Part shown: piece after piece, positions 47,591 to 49,653 of the stretch
Numbering within the stretch: position 1 is the first letter of the stretch
Layout of the letters: each line of letters starts with the position of its first letter
Source of the DNA: Syntrophaceae bacterium UBA4059
GTDB taxonomy: Bacteria; Desulfobacterota; Syntrophia; Syntrophales; Smithellaceae
Direction of reading: 5' to 3'
Assembly: GCA_002382045.1 (NCBI GenBank)
Contig: DFZJ01000223.1
Location: forward strand, 9,758-59,410
DNA length: 49,653 nucleotides
Notes under the pieces: model-generated
The model's input: only the letters and a program-made list of their open reading frames with translations
Databases searched by the model: none
What the model was told of the DNA's origin: nothing
Position numbers and translations under genes: made by a program

Positions 47591-48427
47591 ATGCCGAAAA
47601 CATATTCCCCCATCGTTCATATTGCAAAATATACACTGACGGATGAAATACGCCAGAAGAGCTTTATCGTCATGGGGGTGATCTGCGCCCTGGCCATCCT
47701 GCTGGTTCGCAGCTGCTATTCCGGGAATTTCATGGTGAACGGACAGGCGCTTGATGCCGAGATGATTATCCGGATGGTGTCCAAAGTGATTTTCCACATG
47801 ATTGCCGCGGGAGCGATGTTGCTGGCGGCTCTGCTGGCGATGCGCGTATTCAAACGCGACCGGGATGAGGGGATGCAGTCCTGTATTCTGTCCAAACCGG
47901 TAACCCGCAGGCAATATGTGCTGGGAAAGATTCTTGGCCTGTGGGTTTTATCGGGCAGCTTCATGTTCATCCTGCACAGCATCGTGTTCGTCATCGCATC
48001 CATCAATTTGAAGGGGGTCATGCCGGAATACCTTCTTGCCTCGCTGTTTTGCTCTTTCAACCTGCTTTTTGTCATTGTTGCCGTGCTTCTTTTTTCGCTC
48101 CTGATGCCCGATATCATTGCTTTTCTTTGCGTGATGGGCATCGGTATCGCCGGTTTTGTGGCCGAGGGGATATTCGCGCTCGGCCGGAGTTCAATGGGGC
48201 AGGCGATGATGCAGCAGTCCGGTTCGCAGTCGGACTGGACCATGGGGAAAATGGTCTACTATTTATGGCCGAAACTTTCCGGCATCCGGCAGTTTGCATC
48301 TTCGTTGATCGGCGGGGAAGGTTTCCAGGGATTTTTGTCTATTTATCCGTTCATTAATATTCTGATCTATGTCCTGATTCTTGGTGCGCTCCTGTTTTGG
48401 CGTTTCCGGAATGAGGACGTCATTTGA
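47591..48427 (+). CDS. ABC-2-type transporter permease
   Basis: It has about six TM helices and starts 8 nt after the ATPase stop. It has no soluble domains. Confidence 0.7.
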   Translation: MPKTYSPIVHIAKYTLTDEIRQKSFIVMGVICALAILLVRSCYSGNFMVNGQALDAEMIIRMVSKVIFHMIAAGAMLLAALLAMRVFKRDRDEGMQSCILSKPVTRRQYVLGKILGLWVLSGSFMFILHSIVFVIASINLKGVMPEYLLASLFCSFNLLFVIVAVLLFSLLMPDIIAFLCVMGIGIAGFVAEGIFALGRSSMGQAMMQQSGSQSDWTMGKMVYYLWPKLSGIRQFASSLIGGEGFQGFLSIYPFINILIYVLILGALLFWRFRNEDVI

Positions 48428-48525
48428 CCGGCAGCGATCGTTCAAGCCGGAAAGATCCATCGAGCAATCGGGGTCACGAAAGCGAAATTTCACCCGCTGA
48501 CCTTCTGTTGGAAAAGGGAAAAGAG

Positions 48526-49353
48526 ATGAAAATAGGTTTGGCTTTGGGGGGCGGCGGTGTTCGGGGCCTGGCGCATGTTCCTATTCTGGAAGCGCTCGAC
48601 GATCTGGGCATTAAACCCGACATTATTTCCGGAACCAGTGTCGGCGCCATCATCGGGGCTCTCTATGCCTCCGGGATGTCGGGGAAAGAAATCCGGGAAC
48701 GCATCAGCCGGTATCTCATTTTAAAAGATGACACCTGGCGGGACATTGTGGCGAAGAAAAGTGACCTGCTGAAATGGATACCGGCGTTTTCTGCCGGTTT
48801 GTCGCGCGGCGGGTTTATCAAAACACAGAGATTCATTGAATATCTATTCAGTGAAATTAAGAAGCCGACTTTTGAAGAGTTGGATATTCCTCTTCTGGTT
48901 ATTGCCGCGGACTATTGGACCGCACAAGAAGTTGTGTTTGCAACAGGAGAACTGCTTCCCGCTCTCCAGGCCAGCATGGCCGTGTCGGGAGTTTTTGCGC
49001 CGGTGTCCATTGCCGGCAGGGTTTTCATCGATGGAGGCGTCGTCAACCTGGTGCCTTACGATCACCTTTTAGAGCGGGCTGATTTTACCATAGCAGTGGA
49101 TGTGAGCAAGGTTCGCAATGAAGGCGATCATAAAATTCCCGGCGCCCTCGAATCGGTTTTTGGGGCTTTCAATATCATGCAGACGTCGGCCCTTGCTGAA
49201 AAGATGAAGCACAAAAAACCTGACGTCTATATCCAGCAGGAAATCCAGGAAGTGCGGATGTTTGATTTCGGAAAAGCTGCGGATATTTTTCTGCAGGCGC
49301 AATCCGCAGTTGACTTGCTGAGAAAGCAGCTGAAAGATTTCGATATTGTGTGA
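48526..49353 (+). CDS. patatin-like phospholipase
   Basis: The oxyanion motif is GGGGVRG. The serine motif is GTSVG. The Asp motif is IDGGV. Confidence 0.88.
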   Translation: MKIGLALGGGGVRGLAHVPILEALDDLGIKPDIISGTSVGAIIGALYASGMSGKEIRERISRYLILKDDTWRDIVAKKSDLLKWIPAFSAGLSRGGFIKTQRFIEYLFSEIKKPTFEELDIPLLVIAADYWTAQEVVFATGELLPALQASMAVSGVFAPVSIAGRVFIDGGVVNLVPYDHLLERADFTIAVDVSKVRNEGDHKIPGALESVFGAFNIMQTSALAEKMKHKKPDVYIQQEIQEVRMFDFGKAADIFLQAQSAVDLLRKQLKDFDIV

Positions 49354-49463
49354 GAAAAGCGATAGGGCTGTTTGCAAAAACGAATACCACGTCGCATTCA
49401 AGTCATTTGCGGGCCATTAACCCGGATCTGTGTGGCGGGTTATTAATAGAAGAAACACAGTCC

Positions 49464-49556
49464 GTCATTGCGAGCAGACCCTCGGTCTGTGCTTGCCCCC
49501 TGACGAGGGGGTGGCAATCTAACGACCCGAGATTGCTTCGCTTTGCTCGCAATGAC
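49464..49556. repeat. 93-nt palindromic element of the 'GTCATTGCGAGC...GCTCGCAATGAC' type with three internal hairpins
   Basis: The outer 13-bp stem GTCATTGCGAGCA / TGCTCGCAATGAC encloses three hairpins. These are AGACC-ctc-GGTCT, CCCCCT-gacg-AGGGGG and GCAATCT-N9-AGATTGC. Translation gives the LLRFARND-type spurious ORF seen in many genomes (recalled). Confidence 0.5.
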
Positions 49557-49653
49557 CGTTTGATGCACGTAACTTTTTGAACGCAACCTGGTATACGTCA
49601 ATAAGCTGGCCGTACATGGTCTAATTTTTCGTCAGGGAACGGATCAGGGCCAT

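Noticed and set aside
49350-49580. A 76-aa ORF (…SNDPRLLRFARNDRLMHVTF).
   Set aside because: It is the translation of the palindromic repeat element. It overlaps the patatin stop and has no Shine-Dalgarno sequence, so it is a spurious ORF.
49590-49653. A possible 3' end of a minus-strand gene entering from the right edge (either ...MALIRSLTKN* or ...GPDPFPDEKLDHVRPAY*).
   Set aside because: Two frames are open at the edge, fewer than 20 codons are visible, and nothing is recognisable.
1-49653. A whole-window search by eye for CRISPR arrays, IS/transposase or integrase genes, phage modules, toxin-antitoxin pairs, known defence genes, tRNA/rRNA genes and in-frame TGA (selenocysteine) splits.
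   Set aside because: I found no regularly spaced direct repeats, no DDE/tyrosine/serine recombinase motifs, and no adjacent same-frame ORF pairs separated by TGA. The patatin gene lacks any cyclase or CBASS-type partner within the window.

Overview
This is 49.65 kb of bacterial chromosome with about 40 protein-coding genes. I found no rRNA or tRNA genes, no CRISPR array, and no recognisable transposase, integrase or phage genes. The gene content suggests an anaerobic, syntroph- or sulfate-reducer-like (Thermodesulfobacteriota) organism, but that assignment is inference only. The supporting genes are a GlcF/HdrD-type CCG iron-sulfur oxidoreductase, a B12-dependent class II ribonucleotide reductase next to a B12-binding radical SAM enzyme, a thiolase and three acetyl-CoA hydrolase/transferase paralogs. 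Layout: (i) 0.3-7.5 kb holds two universal stress proteins, a secreted Gly/Tyr/Met-rich ferritin-like protein, a SHOCT lipoprotein, a 1021-aa FAD/Fe-S oxidoreductase, a zinc-ribbon protein and a GNAT. (ii) 7.6-19.6 kb is a 12-kb co-directional chain: tal, pgm relic, glucoamylase-family hydrolase, PRC-barrel protein, xfp, DUF2254 protein, pgi, P-type ATPase. (iii) 19.6-22.6 kb holds a shredded second P-type ATPase, MarR, an AT-rich orphan gene and nhaA. (iv) 23-33.5 kb holds a CoA-transferase-like/GNAT fusion, a five-PAS histidine kinase, a REC/HD-GYP regulator, a thiolase, a hydrolase relic, a CoA-transferase and an outer-membrane barrel. (v) 33.6-37.5 kb holds nrdJ with NrdR boxes and a radical SAM gene. 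(vi) 37.7-39.9 kb is a TPM / nucleotidyltransferase / LemA cluster. (vii) 40.0-44.4 kb is a four-gene operon of uncharacterised envelope proteins: a PAN/Apple protein, a 7-blade propeller, a 4-TM protein and a Reg_prop-like propeller. (viii) 44.6-49.4 kb holds a CoA-transferase divergent from TetR, an ABC-2 exporter and a patatin. Main observations: the CoA-transferase-like/GNAT fusion has lost the conserved Glu that its two paralogs in this window retain. The envelope operon has no assignable function and is my best candidate for an undescribed system. Several genes are deletion-scarred relics or point lesions, with no mobile element nearby. The HD-GYP regulator's receiver has Gly in place of the phospho-acceptor Asp. 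A 93-nt four-way-junction palindromic element lies near the 3' end. All family assignments rest on motif recognition by eye, because no searches could be run.
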